Source: Thermoproteota archaeon (GTDB lineage: Archaea; Thermoproteota; Methanomethylicia; Methanomethylicales; Methanomethylicaceae). Taken from it: a stretch of 64,000 nt of DNA. Made by a program: the position numbers and the translations under genes. Under the pieces are notes generated by a model that was not told where the DNA came from, made no database searches, and worked only from the letters and a program-made list of their open reading frames with translations. The DNA is taken from the NCBI GenBank assembly GCA_029887765.1, contig JARXPF010000001.1, forward strand, positions 488-64,487, in the 5' to 3' direction. Below, one piece after another: positions 48,870-58,602 of the stretch. How positions within the stretch are numbered: position 1 is the first letter of the stretch; every line of letters starts with the position of its first letter.

Positions 48870-49222
48870 TTTATTTTCCTCCTTATTTCTTCTGCTACAA
48901 TTAAACCAGAATATGTTAATTTCACAGGAATGCCTTTTCTATAAATAGTCCCTCCTTCTATGAATTGTAAATCCCTAAGCAATCTCAAGTTCCATTTCAC
49001 TGTAGATTCTGGTATTTTAAGTAATTCAGAAATCTCTTTAACATAACCTGAAATTGTAAGCTCTGAATGTTCATTTTCCATAATATGCAAAAGAATTTTT
49101 TTCTGAATATCTGTTAAAAACCTAGAACAAATTTTTTTCAAAGATTCTTCTAAAATTTCTAATGGAGGGACTATATTAGTTCTACTACTTGAAAAGGCTG
49201 ACACCTTTGTACTTCTGTACAA
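48866..49222 (-). CDS. Winged-helix transcriptional regulator (MarR/TrmB-like).
   Basis: 118 aa with a predicted HTH (LTISGYVKEISELLKIPESTVKWNLRLL). It is first in the apparent regulator/small-ORF/SSS/PaaK/small-ORF/SSS gene string. Confidence 0.55.
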   Translation of the reverse strand: MYRSTKVSAFSSSRTNIVPPLEILEESLKKICSRFLTDIQKKILLHIMENEHSELTISGYVKEISELLKIPESTVKWNLRLLRDLQFIEGGTIYRKGIPVKLTYSGLIVAEEIRRKIK

Positions 49223-49296
49223 CCTCCTTCACATTTTTCCCTCCGTATTTTTCTTTAGGAATTAAAGTTATATTTAAATATATTGGATAAGCATAA

Positions 49297-50382
49297 TTAT
49301 CCATTTTTCATATTACTTAATCTTTTTAAAGCATTTAATCTCTCTTTTTCATTTATTTTAGCTTGTTCTATTGCGATTTTTAAGAATTCTATTGCTTCAT
49401 CCATTTCCTTTCTTTTAACTGGAAATGGAACTCCATCTTTTCCACCAAAAGCAAAGGAATATTTAACAGGATCTTTCCAACTTGGAGGTTCACCATATAT
49501 TATTTCTGAAATTAAAGCAAGTCCTCTAACTGTAGCTGGACCAATTCCATATATTGATAATAATTCTTCATAATTTCTTGGTTGAAGATTATATGCTATT
49601 TCAATTGCTTTCCAATTTATATTCCATGGCATAATTAAAATTTTTTCATTCATATATTCTAAAAGAGTTTTTTGTTTAGATTTTATTATAGCAATATTTT
49701 TCTTTATTTTTATAGGATTTTCTTTAACAATATCTATAGATACTTTACGAGCTCCTTCAGATTCTTTTGCAACCATATTAAGAACTTTATTTTCTTTATA
49801 ACCAACTATGGCTTTATGAGGTTCTAATACAAAACTATTTACTTTTTCAGAAAGCCAATGATATCTTCTAGCATATTTATTTTTTGAATTCATTCCTTGT
49901 TGTATAACTGCCCATTTTCCATCTTCAGACATGAAAAAAGTATGATGATAAAGTTGATATCCTGCTTGAATTGCTGTATTATCTACTTTTGCACTCATTT
50001 TACTTGCGTAAATCATATTTTCTATTTTTGAAGAAGACAAACCAAGTTTTTCTCCTGCTTTAATTATTTCTTCAGAAGTACTTCTTGATTTTGAACCTTT
50101 TCCACCACAAATAGCAATTCCAGTTTCATTAGAATCAATTACAGATTTTAATACTCCAGTAACAACAGTGGTTACTCCAGATGAGTGCCAATCAAAACCA
50201 AGAACACAACCAAATGCTTGAAACCAATAAGGATTAGAAATTCTTCTTAAAAATTCTTCTTTTCCAAATTCATTAATAATTATTAAAACAATATTTTTTG
50301 CTAAAGATTTCATTCTTTTAATTAACCAAGCTGGAGCTTCACCATTATGAAGTGGAAGATATGCAAATCCTGTATGAGACAC
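49297..50382 (-). CDS. Conserved hypothetical protein (archaeal, possibly DUF763-like).
   Basis: 361 aa with no catalytic motif recognised. Confidence 0.35.
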   Translation of the reverse strand: MSHTGFAYLPLHNGEAPAWLIKRMKSLAKNIVLIIINEFGKEEFLRRISNPYWFQAFGCVLGFDWHSSGVTTVVTGVLKSVIDSNETGIAICGGKGSKSRSTSEEIIKAGEKLGLSSSKIENMIYASKMSAKVDNTAIQAGYQLYHHTFFMSEDGKWAVIQQGMNSKNKYARRYHWLSEKVNSFVLEPHKAIVGYKENKVLNMVAKESEGARKVSIDIVKENPIKIKKNIAIIKSKQKTLLEYMNEKILIMPWNINWKAIEIAYNLQPRNYEELLSIYGIGPATVRGLALISEIIYGEPPSWKDPVKYSFAFGGKDGVPFPVKRKEMDEAIEFLKIAIEQAKINEKERLNALKRLSNMKNG

Positions 50383-50431
50383 ATTAATTATAACAATTAA
50401 GAAAAATATAACTTTTCTTTAAATATAAATT

Positions 50432-51202
50432 ATGGTATTAGAAAAGCTCATAATGGATATTGAAGAAATTTTGAAAGAAGAAGAAAAATTAATTGAGATT
50501 AAGAATGCTTCAGTAATAATAATAGGAGATATTCATGGTGATTATTTATCACTTGAAAGGATTTTAAAAGACTTAAAAAATGAAAAAATTGTATTCCTTG
50601 GAGATTATGCAGATAGAGGACCTTCACCTATTGAAGTTTATGAAAAAATTTTTGAACTTAAAGTTTCTCGACCAAAAGAAGTATTTTTATTAAGAGGAAA
50701 TCATGAAGCACCAGATTTATTACCATTTCATCCTCATGATTTCCCATGGCATTTGAATTTAAAATATGGAGATAGATGGAGAGAAATTTACAAAAAATTT
50801 ATAGGAATTTATAATAAAATGCCCATAGCTTTAATTATTGAAAAATTAGCATTATTATTACATGGTGGAATTTCTCCAGAAATAAAAATAGAAAATTTAA
50901 AAAATCCTGATGAAAAAATTTTAGAAATAATTTTATGGAGTGATCCATCTGATGAAATTCATGGAGTTTTACCTTCTTATAGAGGAGCAGGTATTATTTT
51001 TGGACCTGATGTTTCTTTTAAAGTATTAAGTGAAATTAATGTTAAATATTTAATAAGATCTCATCAACCAACTATATATGGATATAAATGGAATCATAAT
51101 ATGAAGGTTTTAACAATTTTTTCTTCAAAAAATGTTTATAATTTAATAAATGGTGCTTATGTAAAAATAGTAAATGGAAATTTAGAAATTGTAAAATTTT
51201 AA
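50432..51202 (+). CDS. PPP-family Ser/Thr protein phosphatase (PP1-arch-like metallophosphoesterase).
   Basis: 256 aa with GDIHGD, GDYADRG and GNHE metallophosphatase motifs. Confidence 0.85.
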   Translation: MVLEKLIMDIEEILKEEEKLIEIKNASVIIIGDIHGDYLSLERILKDLKNEKIVFLGDYADRGPSPIEVYEKIFELKVSRPKEVFLLRGNHEAPDLLPFHPHDFPWHLNLKYGDRWREIYKKFIGIYNKMPIALIIEKLALLLHGGISPEIKIENLKNPDEKILEIILWSDPSDEIHGVLPSYRGAGIIFGPDVSFKVLSEINVKYLIRSHQPTIYGYKWNHNMKVLTIFSSKNVYNLINGAYVKIVNGNLEIVKF

Positions 51203-52641
51203 ATCTCTTTTAAAGATTTAATAAAAGCATTTATACAACTAGAAATTGCATATGTCATGGTATTTTTTATTTTTGAAATATCTAATTCATTTAATACTTT
51301 TATTCTATGATATAATGGAGGATGAGGATCCCATTTTAGCCAATCGCTTACATTTACTAATTCAAAAGCTAAGCTTTGATATTTTATTAAACCAATTTTC
51401 CTCAAGGAAGATGCTAATGCTCTTGGATTTCCAGTTATTATTGCAGCATCTAAATCAGCTCTTGCTTCTAAGAATTTTGCTACAAAAAATAGTAAAGTAA
51501 AAGCAAAGAATAAGTAAAGAATATCAAAAAGAAGGCCAAATCTAGAAATGAAAGGCCAAATAATGTAAACTCTTGTTAAATATTCAAAAGTAGCTAAACT
51601 CATTAAAACTATGGGATCCCTAGCTTTAATATGACTAAGTTCATGTGCTAATACTGCTTCTATTTCCTCTTTATCCATATATGCTATTAAGCCACTTGTT
51701 ATTAAAATTGCAGATTTACTATAAGAAATCCCTGTTGCTGCAGCATTTGGTGGAAGAACATTTACTAAAGTTATTTTAGGAATTTTATTAAATTTAAATT
51801 TTGATGATAATCTTTCAATAATTTCATACACATTTACAGCTTTTATTTTAATCAATTCTGGTTTACACGTAATGCCATATTTATTGAATATTGAACATAA
51901 TACTTCTGGATTTAAATTCTTTCCTAAAGCTAAAGTAGAATCATAAATCTCTTTTTTTATAATCTTTATCTTTGGATAATGAATTCTTATTATTCTATTA
52001 AATTCTTCTTTATTCATTTTAAGCTCAGTAATATAAATTGTAGGATTATCTGGTGTTATATTGAATTCACCACGATAAGTGATTATTTTATGTGCAAAAA
52101 TAATAATTGTGAATTGTAATGCTATAAGAATTAATGGAGTTAACATTTCAAAAAATTGATATATTATTATTCCAAATAGAAGAATTATCATAAACAAATA
52201 AAGAAAGTTTCCAAAAATTATTGATCCTATAATTTTCTTTATTGTTTTTTCTTTTTCTTTAGGCAAAATATCCATTTTTGGTGAAAAAACTAAGAAAAGA
52301 GAAGGGCCTTCTTTGAAATAAGATCTTATCATTTCTTCTATTTCTAAATCCAATATTCTATATTCTTTTTCACTAATACTTTCTTCAGGATATGGAAAAT
52401 AGTAAATTTCAAAACCTTCATTTGTTGCTTTTATAGCAATATCTAAAATTCTTCCATCTATATTCATTCTATATTGTAATACTTCATTACCATTAATAGA
52501 AGATTTACTAATATAGGAAATACGTGAATTTTTTTCTAAAATTTCAATCAAATAATTAAATAATTTAGAAATTTCTTCTATTGGTACTTTTATATCGAGT
52601 ATTATTCTACGCTTCCATTCTTTAAAATCTTTTACTGACAA
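51199..52641 (-). CDS. M48-family (HtpX-like) zinc metalloprotease with an N-terminal extra domain.
   Basis: 480 aa with TM helices and HELSH zinc motif. Confidence 0.75.
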   Translation of the reverse strand: MSVKDFKEWKRRIILDIKVPIEEISKLFNYLIEILEKNSRISYISKSSINGNEVLQYRMNIDGRILDIAIKATNEGFEIYYFPYPEESISEKEYRILDLEIEEMIRSYFKEGPSLFLVFSPKMDILPKEKEKTIKKIIGSIIFGNFLYLFMIILLFGIIIYQFFEMLTPLILIALQFTIIIFAHKIITYRGEFNITPDNPTIYITELKMNKEEFNRIIRIHYPKIKIIKKEIYDSTLALGKNLNPEVLCSIFNKYGITCKPELIKIKAVNVYEIIERLSSKFKFNKIPKITLVNVLPPNAAATGISYSKSAILITSGLIAYMDKEEIEAVLAHELSHIKARDPIVLMSLATFEYLTRVYIIWPFISRFGLLFDILYLFFAFTLLFFVAKFLEARADLDAAIITGNPRALASSLRKIGLIKYQSLAFELVNVSDWLKWDPHPPLYHRIKVLNELDISKIKNTMTYAISSCINAFIKSLKEI

Positions 52642-52711
52642 TTCTTTCTCCTATTTTAAATTAAAAAAACATATTAAAAAATATGCAGGTTATAAGATTT
52701 AGTGAGTTGAA

Positions 52712-53134
52712 ATGAAAAGTTTAGATGAAGTTGATATTAAAATATTATCAATACTAAAAGAAGATGGAAGAGCTCCTTTTACAAAAATTGCAAATGAATT
52801 AGGACTATCTGAAGCTGCTGTTAGAAAAAGAGTTGAAAGATTAAAGTCTGAAGGAATTATTAAGAAATTTACAGTAGACATAGATGTAGGTGAAAGTGTA
52901 CAAGCATTAATAATGGTAACAGTATTACCATCTTATCCAAACCCTATTGTAGCTCAAGCAATAAAAAAAATTGGAGGAATTGAAAAAGTATTTGAAGTAG
53001 CAGGAGAGGTTGATATAATAGCAATAGCTTCAGGTAAAAGTATTCAAGAAATTAATAAACATATAGACGATATAAGAAGAATAGAAGGAGTTGCAAAGAC
53101 TAGTTCTATGATTGTTCTTAGGTCATGGGTTTGA
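52712..53134 (+). CDS. Lrp/AsnC-family transcriptional regulator (LysM-like, by its position upstream of the lys operon).
   Basis: 140 aa with HTH DIKILSILKEDGRAPFTKIANELGLSEAAVRKRVERL and a RAM domain. Confidence 0.8.
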   Translation: MKSLDEVDIKILSILKEDGRAPFTKIANELGLSEAAVRKRVERLKSEGIIKKFTVDIDVGESVQALIMVTVLPSYPNPIVAQAIKKIGGIEKVFEVAGEVDIIAIASGKSIQEINKHIDDIRRIEGVAKTSSMIVLRSWV

Positions 53135-53199
53135 CATTCGTACTTTTATATACGATAATAAATAAAAAAATAAAATTATTTTTTAGCGAAATCTTTAAA

Positions 53200-53220
53200 T
53201 AGATTCGTTATTCGAATCTA
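53200..53220 (+). promoter_or_regulatory. Perfect 8-bp inverted repeat TAGATTCG-TTATT-CGAATCTA overlapping/just downstream of a TTTAAATA TATA-like box (53194-53201), 18 nt upstream of lysX. This is a putative Lrp/LysM operator.
   Basis: Palindrome read directly from the sequence. A second TATA-like palindrome TCGTA-CTTTTATA-TACGA lies at 53138-53155. Confidence 0.45.
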
Positions 53221-53237
53221 TCAAGGTTTGATTCAAA

Positions 53238-54089
53238 ATGGTGAGTCTCTCAATTCTATATGATCATATGAGATGGGAAGAAAAAGCACTCTATGAAGCT
53301 TGTAAAAAAAGGAATATTGATTTTTCAATGGTAAATGCTGAAAATCTTTCACTTGAAATTACATCTAATGATAAGCCAAAAGAATTAGGAGATGTAGTAA
53401 TTCAAAGATGTGTAAGTTATTTTCGTGGACTTCATTTATCAGCTGTTATTGAGAGCTATGGTACTAAAGTCATAAATAGTTTTAAAACAATGGAAATTTG
53501 TGGTAATAAAGTATTAAATTCTTTAATTTTTAAAAAGTATAAAATACCAACACCTAGAACTTATATTGCATTTACAACTGATGCTGCTTTAGAAGCACTT
53601 GAAAAATTAGGATATCCTGCAATTCTAAAACCAGTAATAGGAAGTTGGGGAAGATTAGTTTCTTTATTAAATGATAAAACATCAGCAATAGTTGCTTTAG
53701 AACATAGAGAAATGATGTTCCCACTTTATCAAATATATTATTTACAAGAAATGATTAAAAGACCTCCTAGAGACCTTAGAGTTTTTGTTATAGGAGAAGA
53801 AGTCCCTGTTGCAATCTATAGAATAAATGAAAATGATTGGAGAACTAATACAGCAAGAGGTGGAAGAGTAGAGCAATGTCCAATTACTGAAGAAATTAGA
53901 GAATTAGCATTAAAAGCAGCAGAAGCTGTAGGAGGAGGGGTTTTTGGCGTAGACATGATGGAAAGTGAAAGTGGTTATGTAGTCCATGAAATTAATGCTA
54001 CAGTTGAGTTTAAGAATACAGTTCCAGCTACTGGTGTAGATATACCAGGTATGATTATTGATTATGCTATTAAAGAGGTGAAAAAATGA
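53238..54089 (+). CDS. lysX: RimK-type ATP-grasp ligase LysX/ArgX (LysW-glutamate/aminoadipate ligase).
   Basis: 283 aa ATP-grasp fold. It is followed by the LysY/Z/J/K-type genes, with 4-nt overlaps throughout. Confidence 0.8.
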   Translation: MVSLSILYDHMRWEEKALYEACKKRNIDFSMVNAENLSLEITSNDKPKELGDVVIQRCVSYFRGLHLSAVIESYGTKVINSFKTMEICGNKVLNSLIFKKYKIPTPRTYIAFTTDAALEALEKLGYPAILKPVIGSWGRLVSLLNDKTSAIVALEHREMMFPLYQIYYLQEMIKRPPRDLRVFVIGEEVPVAIYRINENDWRTNTARGGRVEQCPITEEIRELALKAAEAVGGGVFGVDMMESESGYVVHEINATVEFKNTVPATGVDIPGMIIDYAIKEVKK

Positions 54090-55141
54090 TACCTGTTGGA
54101 ATAATAGGTGGTTCTGGATATACTGGTGGTGAATTATTAAGAATACTTTTAAATCATGAAAAAGTTGAAATTAAAGCAGTAACTTCAAGAGAATATGCTG
54201 GAGAGCCTGTATTTAGAGCGCATCCACACTTAAGAAAAATAACTGATATTAAATTCATAGAACCAGATATTGAGAAAGTAGTGTCAATGTGTAATTTTGT
54301 TTTTTTAGCAGTTCCACATGGTACAGCTGCACCTATGGTAAGAAGATTACTTGAAGCTGGAATAAGAATTATTGATTTAAGTGCTGATTTTAGACTTAAA
54401 AATAAAGATGATTATTTAAAGTGGTATGGATGGGAGCATCCCTGTCCTGAATTATTAGAATTAGCAGTATTTGGTTTACCAGAATTTCATAGAAATGAGA
54501 TAAGAAATGCTAAACTTGTGGCAAATCCTGGTTGTATAGCAACTGCAAGTATACTTAGTATTACACCAATAATAAAAGCAGGAATTGTAGAAAATAATAA
54601 AATTGTACTTGATGCAAAAATAGGATCTTCTGGTGCAGGAACTTCAGTTAGTGAAGCAACCCATCATCCAGAACATTCAAATTTAGTTAGAGCTTATAAA
54701 CCAGTAATGCATAGACATACTCCAGAAATAGAACAAGAAGTTTCATTAAAAGCAGGATTTAAAGTTACCATAGCCCTTACTCCTCATGCAATAGACATGG
54801 TAAGAGGAATCCTTGTAACAGGTCATATGTTTCTTAAGAAAGAAGTTAATATACAAGAGATTTGGAAAGTTTATAGAGAAATGTATCAAAATGAACCTTT
54901 TGTAAGAATTGTTAGAGATCATAAAGGATTACATAGATTACCTGATCCAATGAATGTGATAGGATCAAATTTCTGTGATGTTGGTTTTGAAATAGACCCT
55001 CATGCAAATAGAATTGTAACTTTTGGAGCATTAGATAACTTAATAAAAGGAGCAGCTGGTCAAGCAGTTCAAAACTTTAATATTATGATAGGTGTTGATG
55101 AAAAAATGGGTTTAGGATTTCCAGGAGTTAGACCTATATGA
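54086..55141 (+). CDS. lysY: N-acetyl-gamma-glutamyl-phosphate reductase family (LysY/ArgC).
   Basis: 351 aa with N-terminal GIIGGSGYTGGELLRIL and the catalytic Cys region NPGCIAT. Confidence 0.85.
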   Translation: MIPVGIIGGSGYTGGELLRILLNHEKVEIKAVTSREYAGEPVFRAHPHLRKITDIKFIEPDIEKVVSMCNFVFLAVPHGTAAPMVRRLLEAGIRIIDLSADFRLKNKDDYLKWYGWEHPCPELLELAVFGLPEFHRNEIRNAKLVANPGCIATASILSITPIIKAGIVENNKIVLDAKIGSSGAGTSVSEATHHPEHSNLVRAYKPVMHRHTPEIEQEVSLKAGFKVTIALTPHAIDMVRGILVTGHMFLKKEVNIQEIWKVYREMYQNEPFVRIVRDHKGLHRLPDPMNVIGSNFCDVGFEIDPHANRIVTFGALDNLIKGAAGQAVQNFNIMIGVDEKMGLGFPGVRPI

Positions 55142-55947
55142 AAATTGTTATAAAAATTGGAGGAGATTTGCTTAAAGAAGATAAACCAAATATTTCTTTA
55201 ATAGAAGATTTAAAAGACTTTTCAAAAAAAGAAAGTATAATAATAGTACATGGTGGAGGAGATAGAGTAACAGAAATTGCAACAAAATTAGGAAAAGAAC
55301 AAAAATTTGTTATTTCTCCTGAAGGATTTAAAAGTAGATATACTGATAGAGAGACTGTAGAAATTTATGCAATGGTGATGGCTGGAGAAATAAATACTAA
55401 AATTGTTGGAATATTACAATCATACGGAATAAATGCAATTGGACTATCTGGATTTGATGGAGGATTATTAAGAGCTAAAAGAAAAGAAAGAATTGTAATA
55501 ATAGATGAAGAGGGAAGGAAAAGAGCAATTGATGGAGGATTTACAGGAAAAATAACATTAGTTAATGAAAAGTTATTAGAATTAATTATAGTGAATGGTT
55601 ATGTACCCGTAATTTCTCCATTAGCCATGGGAGAGAATTTCGAACCATTAAATGTTGATGGAGATAGAACTGCTAGTGCTATAGCTAAAGCAATAAAGGC
55701 TGATTATTTAATATTTCTTACAGATGTAGAAGGTGTAATTATTGATAATAAAATTATTAATAAAGTACGTATAGAGGAAATAGAAGAAATACTTAAGAAA
55801 ATAGGACCAGGAATGTCTACAAAAGTTCATGCTGCAATTGAAGCTGTAAAAAATGGAGTTAATAAAGCAATAATAACTTCAGGATTTATTGATAATCCTT
55901 TAAAAAGAGCTATAGAAGAAAGGAGTGGAACTATAATATGTCATTAG
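55138..55947 (+). CDS. lysZ: Amino-acid kinase family (LysZ/ArgB, [LysW]-aminoadipate/glutamate kinase).
   Basis: 269 aa with IVIKIGG and VHGGG motifs of the acetylglutamate kinase family. Confidence 0.85.
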   Translation: MKIVIKIGGDLLKEDKPNISLIEDLKDFSKKESIIIVHGGGDRVTEIATKLGKEQKFVISPEGFKSRYTDRETVEIYAMVMAGEINTKIVGILQSYGINAIGLSGFDGGLLRAKRKERIVIIDEEGRKRAIDGGFTGKITLVNEKLLELIIVNGYVPVISPLAMGENFEPLNVDGDRTASAIAKAIKADYLIFLTDVEGVIIDNKIINKVRIEEIEEILKKIGPGMSTKVHAAIEAVKNGVNKAIITSGFIDNPLKRAIEERSGTIICH

Positions 55948-57119
55948 AAAAATTTGAAGATACTTTCTTAGCAAATACTTTTTGGAAAAGGCCAATAACA
56001 ATAGTAAGAGGATTTGGGGCAAAAGTTTGGGATTCAGAAGGTAGGGAATATATTGATTGTGGTTGTGGATATGGTGTAGCATTACTTGGCCATTGTCATC
56101 CAAAAATTGTTGATGCTATAAAAAAACAATGTGAAAGATTAATAACATGTCATGGATCTTTTTACAATGACATTAGAGAAGAATGTCTTTTAAAACTATA
56201 TAAAATAAAACCAAAAGGAACAGATAAAATATTTTTATCAAATTCAGGAGCAGAAGCTGTTGAAGCTGCAATTAAACTTGTTAAAAAATTTACAAAAAAG
56301 AAAAAAATAATTGCTATGGTGAATAGTTTTCATGGAAAAACAATTGGAGCATTATCATTAACATGGAATCCAAAATATAGAGAACCATTTCTTCCATTAC
56401 TTGAAGGTATTAAATTTGCTCCTTATGGAAATTTTGAAAAATTAAAAACTCTTATAGATGAAGATGTTGGTGCAATTTTTATTGAACCTATACAAGGAGA
56501 GGGAGGGATTAATGTCCCCCCTCCAGACTATTTAAAACAAGTAAGAGAATTATGTAATGAAAAAGATATATTATTAGTACTTGATGAAGTTCAATCTGGT
56601 TTTGGAAGAACAGGCAAAATTTGGGCTCATGAATATTTTGGCATAGAACCAGACATACTATGTGCTGGTAAAGCATTAGGAGGGGGTTTACCCATAGGCG
56701 CAACTTATGCTCGTGCAGATATTATGGATTCGCTTAAAAGAGGAGAGCATTCTAATACTTTTGGTGGAAATCCTTTAGTTTGTGCTAGTTGTAAAGCTGC
56801 TATTGAAGTTTTAATTGAAGATGGTCTTATAGAAAATGCTAAAATTATGGGTGATTTCTTATTAAATGAATTTTCAAAAATTAATAGTAAATTAATTAGA
56901 GAAGTTAGAGGAATAGGATTAATGATAGGAATAGAGATGAGATTTGAAGTTAAGGATATTATACTTGAAATGCTTAAAAAAGGAGTAATAGTATTAGAAG
57001 CTGGGAAGAATGTTATAAGATTACTTCCACCTCTTGTAATTACAAAGGATGAGGCTGAAAAAGTAATTTCAGTTTTTGAAGATGTTATAAAAATGGAAGA
57101 GAAGAAAAAATTTGGTTGA
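55938..57119 (+). CDS. lysJ: Class III aminotransferase (LysJ/ArgD).
   Basis: 393 aa with DEVQSGFGRTGK (PLP lysine) and an ArgD-like fold. Confidence 0.85.
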   Translation: MSLEKFEDTFLANTFWKRPITIVRGFGAKVWDSEGREYIDCGCGYGVALLGHCHPKIVDAIKKQCERLITCHGSFYNDIREECLLKLYKIKPKGTDKIFLSNSGAEAVEAAIKLVKKFTKKKKIIAMVNSFHGKTIGALSLTWNPKYREPFLPLLEGIKFAPYGNFEKLKTLIDEDVGAIFIEPIQGEGGINVPPPDYLKQVRELCNEKDILLVLDEVQSGFGRTGKIWAHEYFGIEPDILCAGKALGGGLPIGATYARADIMDSLKRGEHSNTFGGNPLVCASCKAAIEVLIEDGLIENAKIMGDFLLNEFSKINSKLIREVRGIGLMIGIEMRFEVKDIILEMLKKGVIVLEAGKNVIRLLPPLVITKDEAEKVISVFEDVIKMEEKKKFG

Positions 57120-58210
57120 AAATTATGGAATATCCAATAGAATTATTAATGAATTTATTAAGTATTTATAGTCCAAGTGGAAGAGAAGAAAAAATTTCCA
57201 ATTTTATTGCCTCAGAATTTAATAAACTTGGATTTAATGTTAAAGTAGATGAAGTAGGAAATGTTGAAGGAGTTTGGGGAAAAGGAAGGCCAAGTATTTT
57301 ACTTTGTGGACATATGGACACTGTTAAAGGTTTTATAAAACCTAAGATTAGAGGAAAAGTAATTTTTGGAAGAGGAGCAGTAGATGCAAAAACATCATTA
57401 GCAGCATTAATATGTGGTGCAAAAAAATTCATTGAAATTGGAAATAAGGGGAAGATAACAATATTGGCTGTAGTTGATGAAGAAAAAAATAGTATAGGAA
57501 TAAAACATTTCATAAATAGATGTAGTGAAGAATATGATTATGCTATTTTTGGAGAACCTAGTGGAGCTTATGGATTAACAATAGGTTATAAAGGTAGACT
57601 ACTTTTTAAAATTTCATGTAAAACAGAGTCTGGTCATGCTAGTGTTCCACAATTCTTTGAAAATGCAATATATTTAGCAATGGATGTTATTAAAGAAATT
57701 CAAGAAATTCAACAAAAATGGGAAATTCTTGGAAAAGATAGATTTTGGACGCCTAGTTTATGTGTTACTAAAATAAGAGGAGGAGAATTTCATAATACAG
57801 TTCCATCACATTGTAATATGATTGTTGATGCTAGAGTACCACCTAATATGCGTAATGAAGTTATAAAAGAAATTTCATTAATTTTAGAAAAATTTTCAAA
57901 TACAAAAAAACAAGTAAGTATGGATTTATTAGATGAAAGTGAACCATTTTTAGCACAAGAAGATTCTGATTTAGTAAAAATATTTATTCAATCAATAAAA
58001 GAAGTGACTGGAAGAGAATGTAAACTTTATAGAAAAACTGGTACTGGAGATGTTAATGAATTTGTAAAGAAATTTAAAATTCCATGTGTAGTTTATGGTC
58101 CTGGTAATTCTAAATTAAGTCATACAAAAAAAGAAAATGTATCAATAAAAGAATATTTTGATAGTATTGAAATAATAAAAAATGTTCTATTAAAGCTCTC
58201 TAATCATTAA
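57116..58210 (+). CDS. lysK: M20-family deacylase LysK/ArgE ([LysW]-lysine/ornithine hydrolase).
   Basis: 364 aa with LLCGHMDTV and the M20 metal ligands. Confidence 0.8.
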   Translation: MKIMEYPIELLMNLLSIYSPSGREEKISNFIASEFNKLGFNVKVDEVGNVEGVWGKGRPSILLCGHMDTVKGFIKPKIRGKVIFGRGAVDAKTSLAALICGAKKFIEIGNKGKITILAVVDEEKNSIGIKHFINRCSEEYDYAIFGEPSGAYGLTIGYKGRLLFKISCKTESGHASVPQFFENAIYLAMDVIKEIQEIQQKWEILGKDRFWTPSLCVTKIRGGEFHNTVPSHCNMIVDARVPPNMRNEVIKEISLILEKFSNTKKQVSMDLLDESEPFLAQEDSDLVKIFIQSIKEVTGRECKLYRKTGTGDVNEFVKKFKIPCVVYGPGNSKLSHTKKENVSIKEYFDSIEIIKNVLLKLSNH

Positions 58211-58215
58211 ATATT

Positions 58216-58602
58216 TTATTCTATTGGTATTGTAAAAGGCTGTTCTTTTTTAGAAAGTTTTATTTCTAATATACCATTTTTAAATCTTGCCCTAGCAGTC
58301 TCAGGGTCTATTCTTGAGGGCAAAGACAATCTTTTAACATATCTACAAAACTTTACTTCTCTTTGAAAAGTACCCCACTTTTCATAATGTATTACTTTTT
58401 TTACTTTTGCTTCTATTAAAATAGTATCTTCTGTTAAATTAATTGTAATGTCTGATTTATTTTCTACAAATGGCATATCTATTCTAATAATAATCTCATT
58501 ATTATTTTCATAAATTTCTGATAATGGTTCTATACAACCAGAAGTATAGTCCCACATGATTTTCTTCACCCAAAATTCTTTAATCAAATAATAACACCTC
58601 AC
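58216..58602 (-). CDS. Hsp20/alpha-crystallin small heat-shock protein (start probably at the internal Met, about 58557).
   Basis: Alpha-crystallin domain ending ...ARFKNGILEIKLSK. Confidence 0.75.
   Translation of the reverse strand: MRCYYLIKEFWVKKIMWDYTSGCIEPLSEIYENNNEIIIRIDMPFVENKSDITINLTEDTILIEAKVKKVIHYEKWGTFQREVKFCRYVKRLSLPSRIDPETARARFKNGILEIKLSKKEQPFTIPIE

Noticed and set aside
53135-53237. Looked for lysW in the lysM-lysX gap.
   Set aside because: The gap is only 103 nt, with no ORF of about 50 codons and no CxxC…EDWGE-encoding sequence.
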